From assembly GCA_964343845.1 (NCBI GenBank), contig CAYFKW010000016.1, positions 19,718 through 83,717 of the forward strand: a DNA stretch of 64,000 nucleotides. Direction: 5' to 3'. Position numbers and translations under genes: made by a program. The DNA comes from an uncultured Desulfobacula sp. (GTDB lineage Bacteria > Desulfobacterota > Desulfobacteria > Desulfobacterales > Desulfobacteraceae). Every line of letters begins with the position of its first letter. The first letter of the stretch is position 1. The notes beneath the pieces were generated by a model, which saw only the letters and a list, made by a program, of their open reading frames with translations, was not told the origin of the DNA and did not search any database. Below, piece by piece: positions 29,684 through 38,400 of this stretch.

Positions 29684-31102
29684 TTATCCTACATCTATAG
29701 ATACTTTGCGTTCACCGAAAATTGGTGCAAAACTTTCTTTTTCAAGGTCTTCAAACCACATGGATCGTCCAACTTCTCCCCTTAACCGTCTGGCTTCCCT
29801 CAACCCCATGGCACCAAGCATTTCAAGCATTTGATTCCGCCAGGCACCCATAAGGTTTATGATCCGATTGCTGCCATATTCAGAATCAATAGATTCCATT
29901 TCAACGGGACAGGAAAGATCCATTTCACATCGGCCGCACAACCGGCATTCCATGGCAATAAGAAGCGGCAGGTCAATTGAAACGCCGTCAGCACCACAGA
30001 TAATGGATTTGTTGACATGTTCCGCCAAACAGATACCGCCTGAGGCAAGGATATTAATCTGCTGTCGGGTTGCTGCATCGATTAGTGCCAGGTGGATATC
30101 CCGCAGCATATCCTTGATAAACCTCGGGTTGTCAGATTCAAGTTCTCTTCCCTGGCTGTCCGCGTAAACGTGGAGGGTATCAATCTCTTCTTTTGAAAGG
30201 TCGACACAAATTTGTGCATAATCAAGATCTGCTTTTAACTCAAGTCCAACACTGATCACCAGGTTTTCATTCATAGCCTTAAGCTGTTTGAAACAGGTTT
30301 CAATGCCGGGCTCATATTCAATCTCAACCATGTCAACGATGGACAGAAGTTTTGGATAATTTCCAAAGTTCTCTTTTTTTACCATTGGAACGATAGATTT
30401 TGAAAAAGACATCATGTCTTCATAAACATCTGCTGCCTTTACAAACATCTTTGTCCCAATAGCCTGGGCAGCAGTTAACATCGAAGCAAGAACGGATTTG
30501 CTGAAAACACCAAAATTGGGTTGTTGAAACAGAATTGGAAGCGGGATTTCAAGTATGGGTTTAACATCTACAGCAAGTGAACCGTCTGAATTAAACGATA
30601 ATCTTTCAGGCCTTCTTGAAAGCTCTATGCAGGTATTGATGTATTCCCGGCCATGGATACCGTCCCGTGTGGGGCGAACAATTTCTGACATGTCTGTCCA
30701 CATGGAATCAAATCCCTTTCCCACAAAACGGCCTCGATACCCTGCGCCGGAAACAGGGATGCTTCCTGTATGCGCCTGGTACCAGGTTCGGTTGAGGACA
30801 TCAGGTGTCCAATAGTCATCTCCAATTTCTCTGTACTCCGGGTTGACCACTCTTGAAAAAATTCCTTTGGTACATTCCTGGATACATCTAAAGCACGAAT
30901 TACACGTATACAAATATTCGGGCTCCTCCATTTTGCTCATGTGAAGATAGTTGTCTTTGAAGATGTCATATACACATTTTTTCTTTACACACTCTTTACA
31001 GCTGCCGGCACAGTTTTCCCTGAATTCTATGGTTGAGTATTTCCCAACAGGGTAAAACCGTGGTGGTGCTGCCTTTGTGTGAATATGATATTTTTGAGGC
31101 AT
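29684..31102 (-). CDS. Degenerate glutamate synthase FMN-domain paralog with N-terminal Fe-S motifs
   Basis: CAGSCKECVKKKC and CNSCFRCIQEC; GFDSMWTD, SGGICLAEHVNKSIICGADG, CRLCGRC, REARRLRG. The GGMS, TGEGG and QGAKPG motifs are absent. Confidence 0.82.
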   Translation of the reverse strand: MPQKYHIHTKAAPPRFYPVGKYSTIEFRENCAGSCKECVKKKCVYDIFKDNYLHMSKMEEPEYLYTCNSCFRCIQECTKGIFSRVVNPEYREIGDDYWTPDVLNRTWYQAHTGSIPVSGAGYRGRFVGKGFDSMWTDMSEIVRPTRDGIHGREYINTCIELSRRPERLSFNSDGSLAVDVKPILEIPLPILFQQPNFGVFSKSVLASMLTAAQAIGTKMFVKAADVYEDMMSFSKSIVPMVKKENFGNYPKLLSIVDMVEIEYEPGIETCFKQLKAMNENLVISVGLELKADLDYAQICVDLSKEEIDTLHVYADSQGRELESDNPRFIKDMLRDIHLALIDAATRQQINILASGGICLAEHVNKSIICGADGVSIDLPLLIAMECRLCGRCEMDLSCPVEMESIDSEYGSNRIINLMGAWRNQMLEMLGAMGLREARRLRGEVGRSMWFEDLEKESFAPIFGERKVSIDVG

Positions 31103-31122
31103 ACGTACTTATCCTTAAATCT

Positions 31123-32031
31123 TTATTTTAGTCCAGCCTGTTCAACGATGCCGGCTACGGCGTCTTCCCACTCGATGGCCATAATATGAACCCCATGAAC
31201 CCCTTTAAGTTCTTTAAGTTCCTGTATGGTTTCAAGACAGATTTTAATGCCTTCACCTGCCTGATCCTTTTTATCAACACCGTCCATCCTTTGAATAATC
31301 TCTTCAGGCACATCCATGCCAGCCACTTTGCTGTTCATGTATTTTGCCATGCCGGCAGACCGAAGTGGTGTAACGCCACCTAAAATAAATACTTTTTCAG
31401 TTAACCCTTCTTCATTGGCCTGTCTGATCCACTCTTTAAACCTTGCCATGTTGTAAATACACTGGGTCTGGATGAAATCAACGCCGGCATCAATTTTTTT
31501 AGCAAGTCTGATAACTCTATATTCAAAAGGATCCGCAAAAGGGTTGGCTGCTGCACCAATAAACATCTGCGGGGCAACATCGAGATCAAATCCACTCATG
31601 TCTTTGCCTGTATCCCGCATATCACGAACCGTTCTAATCAGGTTTACAGAATCAATATCAAAAACATTCATGGCATCCGGCTGGCTGCCAAAATTTTGAT
31701 GATCCCCGGACAGGCATAGTATATTACGGATACCTAAAGAATAAGCACCCATAATATCGGATTGGATGGCAATGCGGTTCCTGTCCCTTACGACCATCTG
31801 CATCACAGGTTCTAAACCAGCCGAAACCAGATGGGCAGACGCAGCAATACTTGACATTCTTACGATAGCTGTCTGGTTATCGGTGACATTGACAGCATCA
31901 ACATGCCCATTTAATAATTTAATTTTTTTTTCAATGACCTCTTTATTTGCGCCCCTTGGAGGGCCGCATTCACCTGTTACTGCAAATTCGTTGTTAAGTA
32001 ATTTTTCGTGGAGTTTACTGATGGCATTCAT
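31123..32031 (-). CDS. metF: Methylenetetrahydrofolate reductase, FMN/FAD subunit
   Basis: ECGPPRG, VNVTDNQTA, CLSGDH, AKKIDAGVDFIQTQ, GVHIMA. Confidence 0.93.
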   Translation of the reverse strand: MNAISKLHEKLLNNEFAVTGECGPPRGANKEVIEKKIKLLNGHVDAVNVTDNQTAIVRMSSIAASAHLVSAGLEPVMQMVVRDRNRIAIQSDIMGAYSLGIRNILCLSGDHQNFGSQPDAMNVFDIDSVNLIRTVRDMRDTGKDMSGFDLDVAPQMFIGAAANPFADPFEYRVIRLAKKIDAGVDFIQTQCIYNMARFKEWIRQANEEGLTEKVFILGGVTPLRSAGMAKYMNSKVAGMDVPEEIIQRMDGVDKKDQAGEGIKICLETIQELKELKGVHGVHIMAIEWEDAVAGIVEQAGLK

Positions 32032-32696
32032 ATGATGTGGTCCTCCCTGATCAATTTTCTAGGTCCACCGGAAAGACTGGTATTCCAGTTTTTTGGAGGG
32101 ATATAGGTTTTTAAATTATCCATCTGGCCTAACGTACGAAGACGTTCAATTATCATGTGCCATGCACACTCTGTATTCGGGTCAATTTCGCAAAGCCCTT
32201 CCTGGGAACCGCCGCAGGGACCGTTTAAGAGTTTTTTGGAGCATCGGGTCACAGGGCAGACACCGCCAAAAGTTGCCAACTCACAGTTTCCGCACCCGGA
32301 ACATTCTTCAGTAAAAATACCGTGGCTCTCCTGTATGCCGATAAATGTGGTGTTTACACCAGGCAATACCACTTCTTTTTCAAATCGCTTGGCCATTGCC
32401 TGTACACCTGCACCGCAGGCAAGAGACAAAATAGCATCATTTCTTGCAATCGATTCCGCTGCTTCCTGAATAAATTCATTTTCGCATTGACGTTCGATGG
32501 TAAATTCTTCAATTTCAATGGGTCTTGCCATTTTGTTAAAACTCAGTCTCAGGGCAGATGCTAAAACAGCAACTTCGTCTTCACCGCCGGCAAAGCATGT
32601 TTTTACACAAGTGCCGCAGCCAAGAATCAAGACCTTTTTATAAGGTTCAACAAGTTCAATAATTTCGTTAATGGGTTTTTGACTACCGGTTATCAT
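32028..32696 (-). CDS. metV: MetV (MTHFR-associated Zn/Fe-S subunit)
   Basis: GCGTCVKTC, RQCE, ACGAGVQ, CSGCGNC...CPVTRCSKKLLNGPCGG...C...C; overlaps metF by 4 nt. Confidence 0.88.
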   Translation of the reverse strand: MITGSQKPINEIIELVEPYKKVLILGCGTCVKTCFAGGEDEVAVLASALRLSFNKMARPIEIEEFTIERQCENEFIQEAAESIARNDAILSLACGAGVQAMAKRFEKEVVLPGVNTTFIGIQESHGIFTEECSGCGNCELATFGGVCPVTRCSKKLLNGPCGGSQEGLCEIDPNTECAWHMIIERLRTLGQMDNLKTYIPPKNWNTSLSGGPRKLIREDHII

Positions 32697-32764
32697 TCTT
32701 TAACTCCGTTTTTTGGAAATATTTAAGAAAAGACCAGATTAAAGTAAGGTACGTTGCCATTATC

Positions 32765-32808
32765 TTTGATTTCATTGATTAGGGGAGTGATCAAACAATG
32801 AAATCAAA
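32765..32808. other. 13-bp perfect inverted repeat between mvhD and metV
   Basis: TTTGATTTCATTG (32765-32777) / CAATGAAATCAAA (32796-32808). Confidence 0.6.
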
Positions 32809-32866
32809 AATTAAACAATACCTCACTTTAAACCTGGCTTTTATAATAACATCAATAGGGATGGTA

Positions 32867-33271
32867 TTAATTAAAATGATTTAAAGCAGGATTCGGACCG
32901 ATCGTTTCAAGCGATGCTATTGTGTCCTGAATAATATCTTTAATCGACCCGCTGTCTTTCGCAGTTGTATTGAAAATGTTCAACCGCCCGCTGTCCATTC
33001 CAATGTCATCAAGGATAGTTTTTACATAATCAACCCGTTTCTTTGCCCGGATACTGCCTTCAGCATATCTGCAGCCCTTATTGGGACAAACAAGAACGAT
33101 GACAGCATCTGCACCCGCTTCAAAAGCTCTGAGCAGATGGACATCTTTTGTCATGGAGGAACAAGCCATTTTAACAGTTTTTGCTTCACAACCGTCAAAC
33201 ATCGAGGCTGTCTCTTCAAACGAGTTTAAACAATGAAACAGCGTAAGTTTTGGTGTTTTGTTAATGTTCAT
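32867..33271 (-). CDS. mvhD: MvhD-like [2Fe-2S] protein (methyl-viologen hydrogenase delta subunit family)
   Basis: Four Cys in MvhD spacing (FHC, MACSS, LVC, GCRY) and the motif AFEAGADAV...RAKKRV...IGMDSGRL; ATG 33271 preferred over TTG 33283. Confidence 0.85.
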   Translation of the reverse strand: MNINKTPKLTLFHCLNSFEETASMFDGCEAKTVKMACSSMTKDVHLLRAFEAGADAVIVLVCPNKGCRYAEGSIRAKKRVDYVKTILDDIGMDSGRLNIFNTTAKDSGSIKDIIQDTIASLETIGPNPALNHFN

Positions 33272-33291
33272 TTTTTTCCCCAAAATTAAAT

Positions 33292-33334
33292 AAAAAAAGG
33301 CATTCGCCCAGGTTAATATTGGGAAAACGCCTTT
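33292..33334 (-). terminator. Leader intrinsic terminator (attenuator) upstream of mvhD
   Basis: Minus strand reads AAAGGCGTTTTCCCA-ATATTAACC-TGGGCGAATGCCTTT-TTTT; its 5' arm is the loop and 3' arm of ANTAR hairpin P2. Confidence 0.85.
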
Positions 33335-33368
33335 GTTTTCTTTAATTTTGCTAATACGCCGTTGTATT
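33323..33368 (-). promoter_or_regulatory. ANTAR-binding dual-hexaloop RNA motif
   Basis: Minus strand: P1 AATAC-AACGGC-GTATT (33368-33353), 12-nt linker, P2 GAAAAC-AAAGGC-GTTTTC (33340-33323). Both loops have A at position 1 and G at position 4. Confidence 0.85.
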
Positions 33369-33381
33369 TAGCTGGATTCTC

Positions 33382-33410
33382 AGCTTAGTGGCAACGGTTA
33401 AAAATGTCAA
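33382..33410 (-). promoter_or_regulatory. sigma70-type promoter of the mvhD-metV-metF-glt operon
   Basis: TTGACA (33410-33405), 17-nt spacer, TAAGCT (33387-33382); P1 starts about 14 nt downstream. Confidence 0.75.
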
Positions 33411-33477
33411 GGGTTTTTTTGAATTGATGCGTCTTCTTCTGTTTTTCAAATGCTGGCGGATATAATCATGGCCATTG

Positions 33478-33586
33478 AATTTTTCGTGTTGTGAAGATTA
33501 TATGTCATGGAGGGCTGAAGGGGGGGTGAGTGAAGTTTAGTACCATGTACACCCCTTTCAGTTACCGGCTGTAACAGGAAATCTTT
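33478..33586 (+). repeat. Diverged copy of the dispersed element (copy E)
   Basis: TTTTCGTGTTGTGAAGATTATATGT...GAAGTTTAGTACCATGTACACCCCTTTCAGTTACCGGCTGTAACAGGAAATCTTT aligns co-linearly with copy A. Confidence 0.6.
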
Positions 33587-33746
33587 AAAGAATTTATATT
33601 CAGTTGAAGCCTTTAGTGTTGATTTCTGCTAAGATACGAATTATTTAAGCAACGGAACCCTGTGATATGAAATTGTCATTAAACGCTGTTTTAATCCTGT
33701 AATGGATACAATTGACTTTGATGCTGACAATTGACGTTTGAGAAAT

Positions 33747-34457
33747 ATGGACAAACAACCTGATACTCAAAAAAAAATCACCAATCGAGACCTGATTTTA
33801 CCATATGGACTTCCCTATTTTGCCTATGTGGGGATTGCCTCCCTGGGACAGGACAGGCTCCCTGTTGGAATAAATTACAGTTTAAAATTGATTATCGTTC
33901 CTCTATTATTATGGTGGGCGTGGAAATGGTATGTTCCCATAAAAGGGCCCAGGAAACCAATGGGCTCGGTTATTTTAGGTATTCTTTTCGGTCTTACAGG
34001 ACTTGTGCTCTGGTGTTTGTTGCTGGCACCATTTATAGATATCAGAGGAGAACCATGGGAATTATCCGGCTTTCTGCTGAGAATGGCTGCAGCGTCTTTA
34101 ATTGTGCCAGTGTTCGAAGAATTTTTTATCAGGGGCTATATTTTCAGGGCTGCCTATCAATGGGACAATAACCGGAAGAACAATGGTTTATCCGCGTTGA
34201 ATGAGACATTAGACAGGAACTGCATAAACAGTGTCAAACCCGGTGCCTGGAGCATCATGGCAATCGTGGTCTCAACCATTGCATTTACTGCAGGTCACCT
34301 GCCTGTTGAGTATCTGGCTGCCGCTGCCTACAGTATTTTGATATCGGTTTTGTGGATTATCCGCAAGGACCTTCTGTCATGCATGGTTGCCCATGGTGTG
34401 ACAAACCTGACACTGGGAATCTATGTATACTATTCCGGCCATTGGGGTTTCTGGTAG
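33747..34457 (+). CDS. CAAX prenyl protease-related (CPBP/Abi) intramembrane protease
   Basis: VPVFEEFFIRGY, FTAGH, AHGVTNL. Confidence 0.88.
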   Translation: MDKQPDTQKKITNRDLILPYGLPYFAYVGIASLGQDRLPVGINYSLKLIIVPLLLWWAWKWYVPIKGPRKPMGSVILGILFGLTGLVLWCLLLAPFIDIRGEPWELSGFLLRMAAASLIVPVFEEFFIRGYIFRAAYQWDNNRKNNGLSALNETLDRNCINSVKPGAWSIMAIVVSTIAFTAGHLPVEYLAAAAYSILISVLWIIRKDLLSCMVAHGVTNLTLGIYVYYSGHWGFW

Positions 34458-34492
34458 GAACAGACCGTTTAAAAAGGTATGGTTTTAATAAC

Positions 34493-35512
34493 TTAAGATT
34501 TTAAAGCAATACATCGTTTTAATAAGTCAACTGCCTCTTCGCTGTCTTTTTCTTCTGTTAAGTCGAAAACCGATATTTTTGTATCGTCGATCAACACATT
34601 AGGGTTGCTTAATATTAAGTCGATCTGATTTTTAGAAAAGTATTTAGATAATTGTCTGCCGAATGTGAAATCTAAGGGTGCTTTTATTTTTGAAGGCTGT
34701 GAAAAATCTGAGTTATATCTTATGAGTTCCACCAACCCTTCTACAGGACCGGCTGACAGGTGGACACCATTCATTCCCTGTGAAACTTCTGCCAACCCAA
34801 GATCATCCATATTGTCTAGGAACAATTTTCTTAAACTGCCTTCTTCTGCAGTCACCGGATTTGTGGAACCGATAAAATTATTTCGAGCGTTTGACCAGTT
34901 CATGTCACCTGTCAAATTGAATACGATAATGGACCTTCCCGGATTTGTAAAATGCACTAACTGCCTTGGATGAAATCCGTTCACCAGATATACCAGTTTA
35001 TCATCCAGTTTTATTTTTTCGCAGTATGCGCCGCCTGCCAGTTTAATGTTTTTTGAATTCTGCCATAAAAAATCAAGTGATTCTGCATTGAAACATTTAT
35101 ACGTTTCTAAAAATTCAAAACCGCCCAATATCCGGCTTTCTGAAAATTTAACCCCAAACCGGGCTTCAAATTCAGTTTGGGCTGCGTCTGAAATGTTTTC
35201 AGAAGCGCTGCAGGCATTTTTATTTATTACACCGTAATGATTTGCAATGATATCATATTCTTTCAGGTATTCAGCAGAAAGGACTCTCACTGATTGTATT
35301 TTCAGTTCATATTTATCGATTTGTTTAAAAATAAGATCTACAATCTCCTGTATGTTTATTGCGTCATTTGCCAGGGTGATTTCCGGTTTAACAAAAAACA
35401 AAAATTCATTTTTACAGGCTGAAGTAGTTTCAGCCTCATAGATATGAGAATTCGTGATCTTTGAGTTCTGCGCTTTTTTTACTGTATCAAGGATTTGAGA
35501 TTTTAGTTCCAT
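34493..35512 (-). CDS. Atypical long nucleoside-diphosphate-kinase-fold protein
   Basis: FFVKPE, IGSTNPVTAEEGSLR and NGVHLS parallel the NDK motifs IKP, GATNP...PGTIR and NxxHGS, in a 339-aa protein. Confidence 0.65.
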   Translation of the reverse strand: MELKSQILDTVKKAQNSKITNSHIYEAETTSACKNEFLFFVKPEITLANDAINIQEIVDLIFKQIDKYELKIQSVRVLSAEYLKEYDIIANHYGVINKNACSASENISDAAQTEFEARFGVKFSESRILGGFEFLETYKCFNAESLDFLWQNSKNIKLAGGAYCEKIKLDDKLVYLVNGFHPRQLVHFTNPGRSIIVFNLTGDMNWSNARNNFIGSTNPVTAEEGSLRKLFLDNMDDLGLAEVSQGMNGVHLSAGPVEGLVELIRYNSDFSQPSKIKAPLDFTFGRQLSKYFSKNQIDLILSNPNVLIDDTKISVFDLTEEKDSEEAVDLLKRCIALKS

Positions 35513-35668
35513 TCTTTAAGCCCTCTGTTAAAAAATACATAACACCACTTTCCAGCTCCCTGCCAAGATCCTATAACATAAAAAAAAAGTAATATTAAAT
35601 TAATTTTTATTTAATATGACATCATAAATAAAAAACATTCAATCTGTATGGAGTGTGAATGCTTTTTT

Positions 35669-38191
35669 TTAATTGGTCTTGTCCTTTGAATTCGACAAAA
35701 CTTTCCTGACAGCAGCGGCTAATTGTTTACGATTGAGCGGCTTTTCGACATATTTCCGTATTCCCATTTCATGTGAGGCACCACTGTCAATTTTATGGCT
35801 GAAGCCTGTACACAAAATAACAGGCATATCAGGATTAATTTCTAGTATCTTTTTTGTTAATTGATCTCCTGTCAAACCCGGCATGGTCATATCCGTAATA
35901 ACAAGGTCAAATTTATCGGGTTCATTTTTTATCAGATCCAGTGCATGAATAGAACTGGTATGGTAAACGACATCATACCCCATACGTTTAAGCATTTCTG
36001 CTCCCATTTTTGCCAAAGCTTCTTCATCGTCTATAAATAGTATTTTTTCACTGCCTGCAAGATTAATATCAGGTGATTTTTCTTCTTTAAAGGACGCTTC
36101 ATCAGCTGAAGGAAATAGTATCTTGAAGGTGGTACCCTTCAATGGCTCACTGTAAACATTAATTGAGCCATTATAACTTTTAACGATACCGTGGACTACA
36201 GCAAGTCCCATTCCGGATCCTTTACCCACTTCTTTTGTGGTGAAATACGGGTCAAAGATTTTATCAATAATTGAATCTTCAATGCCGGTACCCGTATCTG
36301 TGATCGTTAACTGAACATATTTTCCCGGTCCAATATCCTGGAATTCAAGCGGTGTCGGGTCGTCCAGTTCGATTTCAGATAAATGTATTGTCAGCGTGCC
36401 GCCGTCTTCATCCATGGCGTGTGCCGCATTTGTACACAAATTGATTAGAATCTGGTGTATCTGCGTTGGATCTGCATTGATGATTCCCTGTATATCCCCG
36501 GCATTCATTTTAATGTCGATGGTTGCTGGAATGGATGACCGGACGAGCTTTATAGATTCTTTAATGATGGGAAGTATACGGATATTTTTTTTGGTTTGTT
36601 CTGATTTTCTGCTAAAGCTTAACAGCTGGTTGACGATATCTTTAGCCCGCATACCAGCGGTCTTAATTTCCTGAAGATTATTGTATGCAGGGCTCCACTG
36701 TGGGATATCGTCAATTGCCAATTCAGTGTTCCCAATGATAATCCCGAGGATATTGTTGAAGTCATGTGCGATACCGCCGGAAATTGTACCAATAGATTCC
36801 ATTTTATGCGCCTGACGAAGTTCTTCTTCCATGCGTTTTAATTCGGTAATATCAGATGCAATTTGAAGCTTTACGATCCGGCCGTCAGTCCACTCAATCG
36901 CCCGGTCATAATTGATATACCATTTTTTTGTTTTTGGATTTTGAGTCTGCCAGACATGAACACCTTTTGGATTGCCATCTTTATCAACAAGCTTGGCATT
37001 TGGACAATGGGCGCATTGACTGGATTGTCCTCTATATGCATCCCAGCAGATTTCACCTGTCATGTCCCTGCCAAAGCTGTCGATCATATATTGATTCATG
37101 AAAAGAATTTTATGGGTCTGCATATCAACCACGTAGACAGTTGCATCAATACTGTTTAAAACAGTAAAAAATCTTTTATGGGAATCCTGTAACGCTTTTT
37201 CCGAATGTTTAAGTTCTGTGATATCGGTTACAATGCCTTCAATCGCAACCAGCCTGCCCTTGTCATCCCAGACACCGACGTTCCGCTGGTGAATCCACCT
37301 TGTTTCATTTCCTTTATAAAGGATCTGGTATTCGTAGCTGGGATCGAGTTCTCCTTTTAACAGCAGCGCCCATTTTTCTTTGAAATAACCATGATAATTG
37401 GGATGGATGATTTCCTGGATCAGGATCGGATTTTGATACCAGGTTTCAGGCGGAAAACCAAATATGGTGTCTGATGCCGGGCTCACATATTCATATTTCC
37501 CGTCTGGCAGCGACATCCGGTAGATCATATCCTTTGCATTTTCCGTGAACCTGCGGTACTTTTCTTCATTGTTTTTCAGTTCATTTCGCGTCTTTTGAAA
37601 ATAGATCATCAACATGCCCAGGGCCACAGTAAATTCAAGCATTGCCCCTAAAAGATATCCCCATGGCGCCAACCATTCAACAGGTCTTAAAAATGGATAG
37701 TCTGCTTTGTGGAGACCCCAGAGAATAAAAGCGCTGCCGACAATGGTGCGCTCTTTTTTTTCATGTCTGCCTGATTTGAGGAATAATATACCGGTCGAAA
37801 TGTAGATAAGGGCTAAAAATGAAAAAGTGGGCAGAGAGATATAAAGGAATGGAAAATTGTGCAGGATACTGATAACAATCCACCCAATGTTGATACCACA
37901 AAGATACAGCCACACTTTTGGAAATTTTTTATCAATATAACAATAGGTTCCCCATAGAAGTATGATGCCGCTTACAAGGGTGGCAACCTGATTCCCGATC
38001 AGAAAAACATGGCTTTTATATCCTTTAATTAAAAACAGCATAAAGATGAATCTGGAGATGTAGACAGTCCAGCTTATCGTCCAGATTCCGAGATACTTTT
38101 TACGATCCAGCAGGTATAGATAAAAATATGTGGACGATAAAAGGATCGTCCCGATCATTGTCGCTATAACTGATGGAAACAGCCAAGACAT
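35669..38191 (-). CDS. Membrane-bound PAS-PAS hybrid histidine kinase/response regulator
   Basis: About seven N-terminal TM segments, two PAS domains, SGGIAHDFNNIL, NLCTNAAHAM, DTGTG, GSGMGL and REC (FIDDE, VITDMTMP, KP). Confidence 0.93.
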   Translation of the reverse strand: MSWLFPSVIATMIGTILLSSTYFYLYLLDRKKYLGIWTISWTVYISRFIFMLFLIKGYKSHVFLIGNQVATLVSGIILLWGTYCYIDKKFPKVWLYLCGINIGWIVISILHNFPFLYISLPTFSFLALIYISTGILFLKSGRHEKKERTIVGSAFILWGLHKADYPFLRPVEWLAPWGYLLGAMLEFTVALGMLMIYFQKTRNELKNNEEKYRRFTENAKDMIYRMSLPDGKYEYVSPASDTIFGFPPETWYQNPILIQEIIHPNYHGYFKEKWALLLKGELDPSYEYQILYKGNETRWIHQRNVGVWDDKGRLVAIEGIVTDITELKHSEKALQDSHKRFFTVLNSIDATVYVVDMQTHKILFMNQYMIDSFGRDMTGEICWDAYRGQSSQCAHCPNAKLVDKDGNPKGVHVWQTQNPKTKKWYINYDRAIEWTDGRIVKLQIASDITELKRMEEELRQAHKMESIGTISGGIAHDFNNILGIIIGNTELAIDDIPQWSPAYNNLQEIKTAGMRAKDIVNQLLSFSRKSEQTKKNIRILPIIKESIKLVRSSIPATIDIKMNAGDIQGIINADPTQIHQILINLCTNAAHAMDEDGGTLTIHLSEIELDDPTPLEFQDIGPGKYVQLTITDTGTGIEDSIIDKIFDPYFTTKEVGKGSGMGLAVVHGIVKSYNGSINVYSEPLKGTTFKILFPSADEASFKEEKSPDINLAGSEKILFIDDEEALAKMGAEMLKRMGYDVVYHTSSIHALDLIKNEPDKFDLVITDMTMPGLTGDQLTKKILEINPDMPVILCTGFSHKIDSGASHEMGIRKYVEKPLNRKQLAAAVRKVLSNSKDKTN

Positions 38192-38400
38192 AAGGCGCCT
38201 TTATTTAAATTTTCAGCAGGAATTCATGAATTATTACAGGCGTATGATACTATAAAAATCAACCTGTTACAATAAATATTGTCAGAATTATATAGTTCCA
38301 GATTTATTAAACAGAAGAATTTGAAGCCTTTTTTACCAGTTGAGCTGATATCTTAAATTCCCCTTTGGGAAGGTGTCGTGTTTGTAATCCCTGTTACGGG

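Noticed and set aside
32735-32760. TGGCAAC on the minus strand upstream of metV as a sigma54 promoter
   Set aside because: No TTGC at the -12 position with the required spacing.
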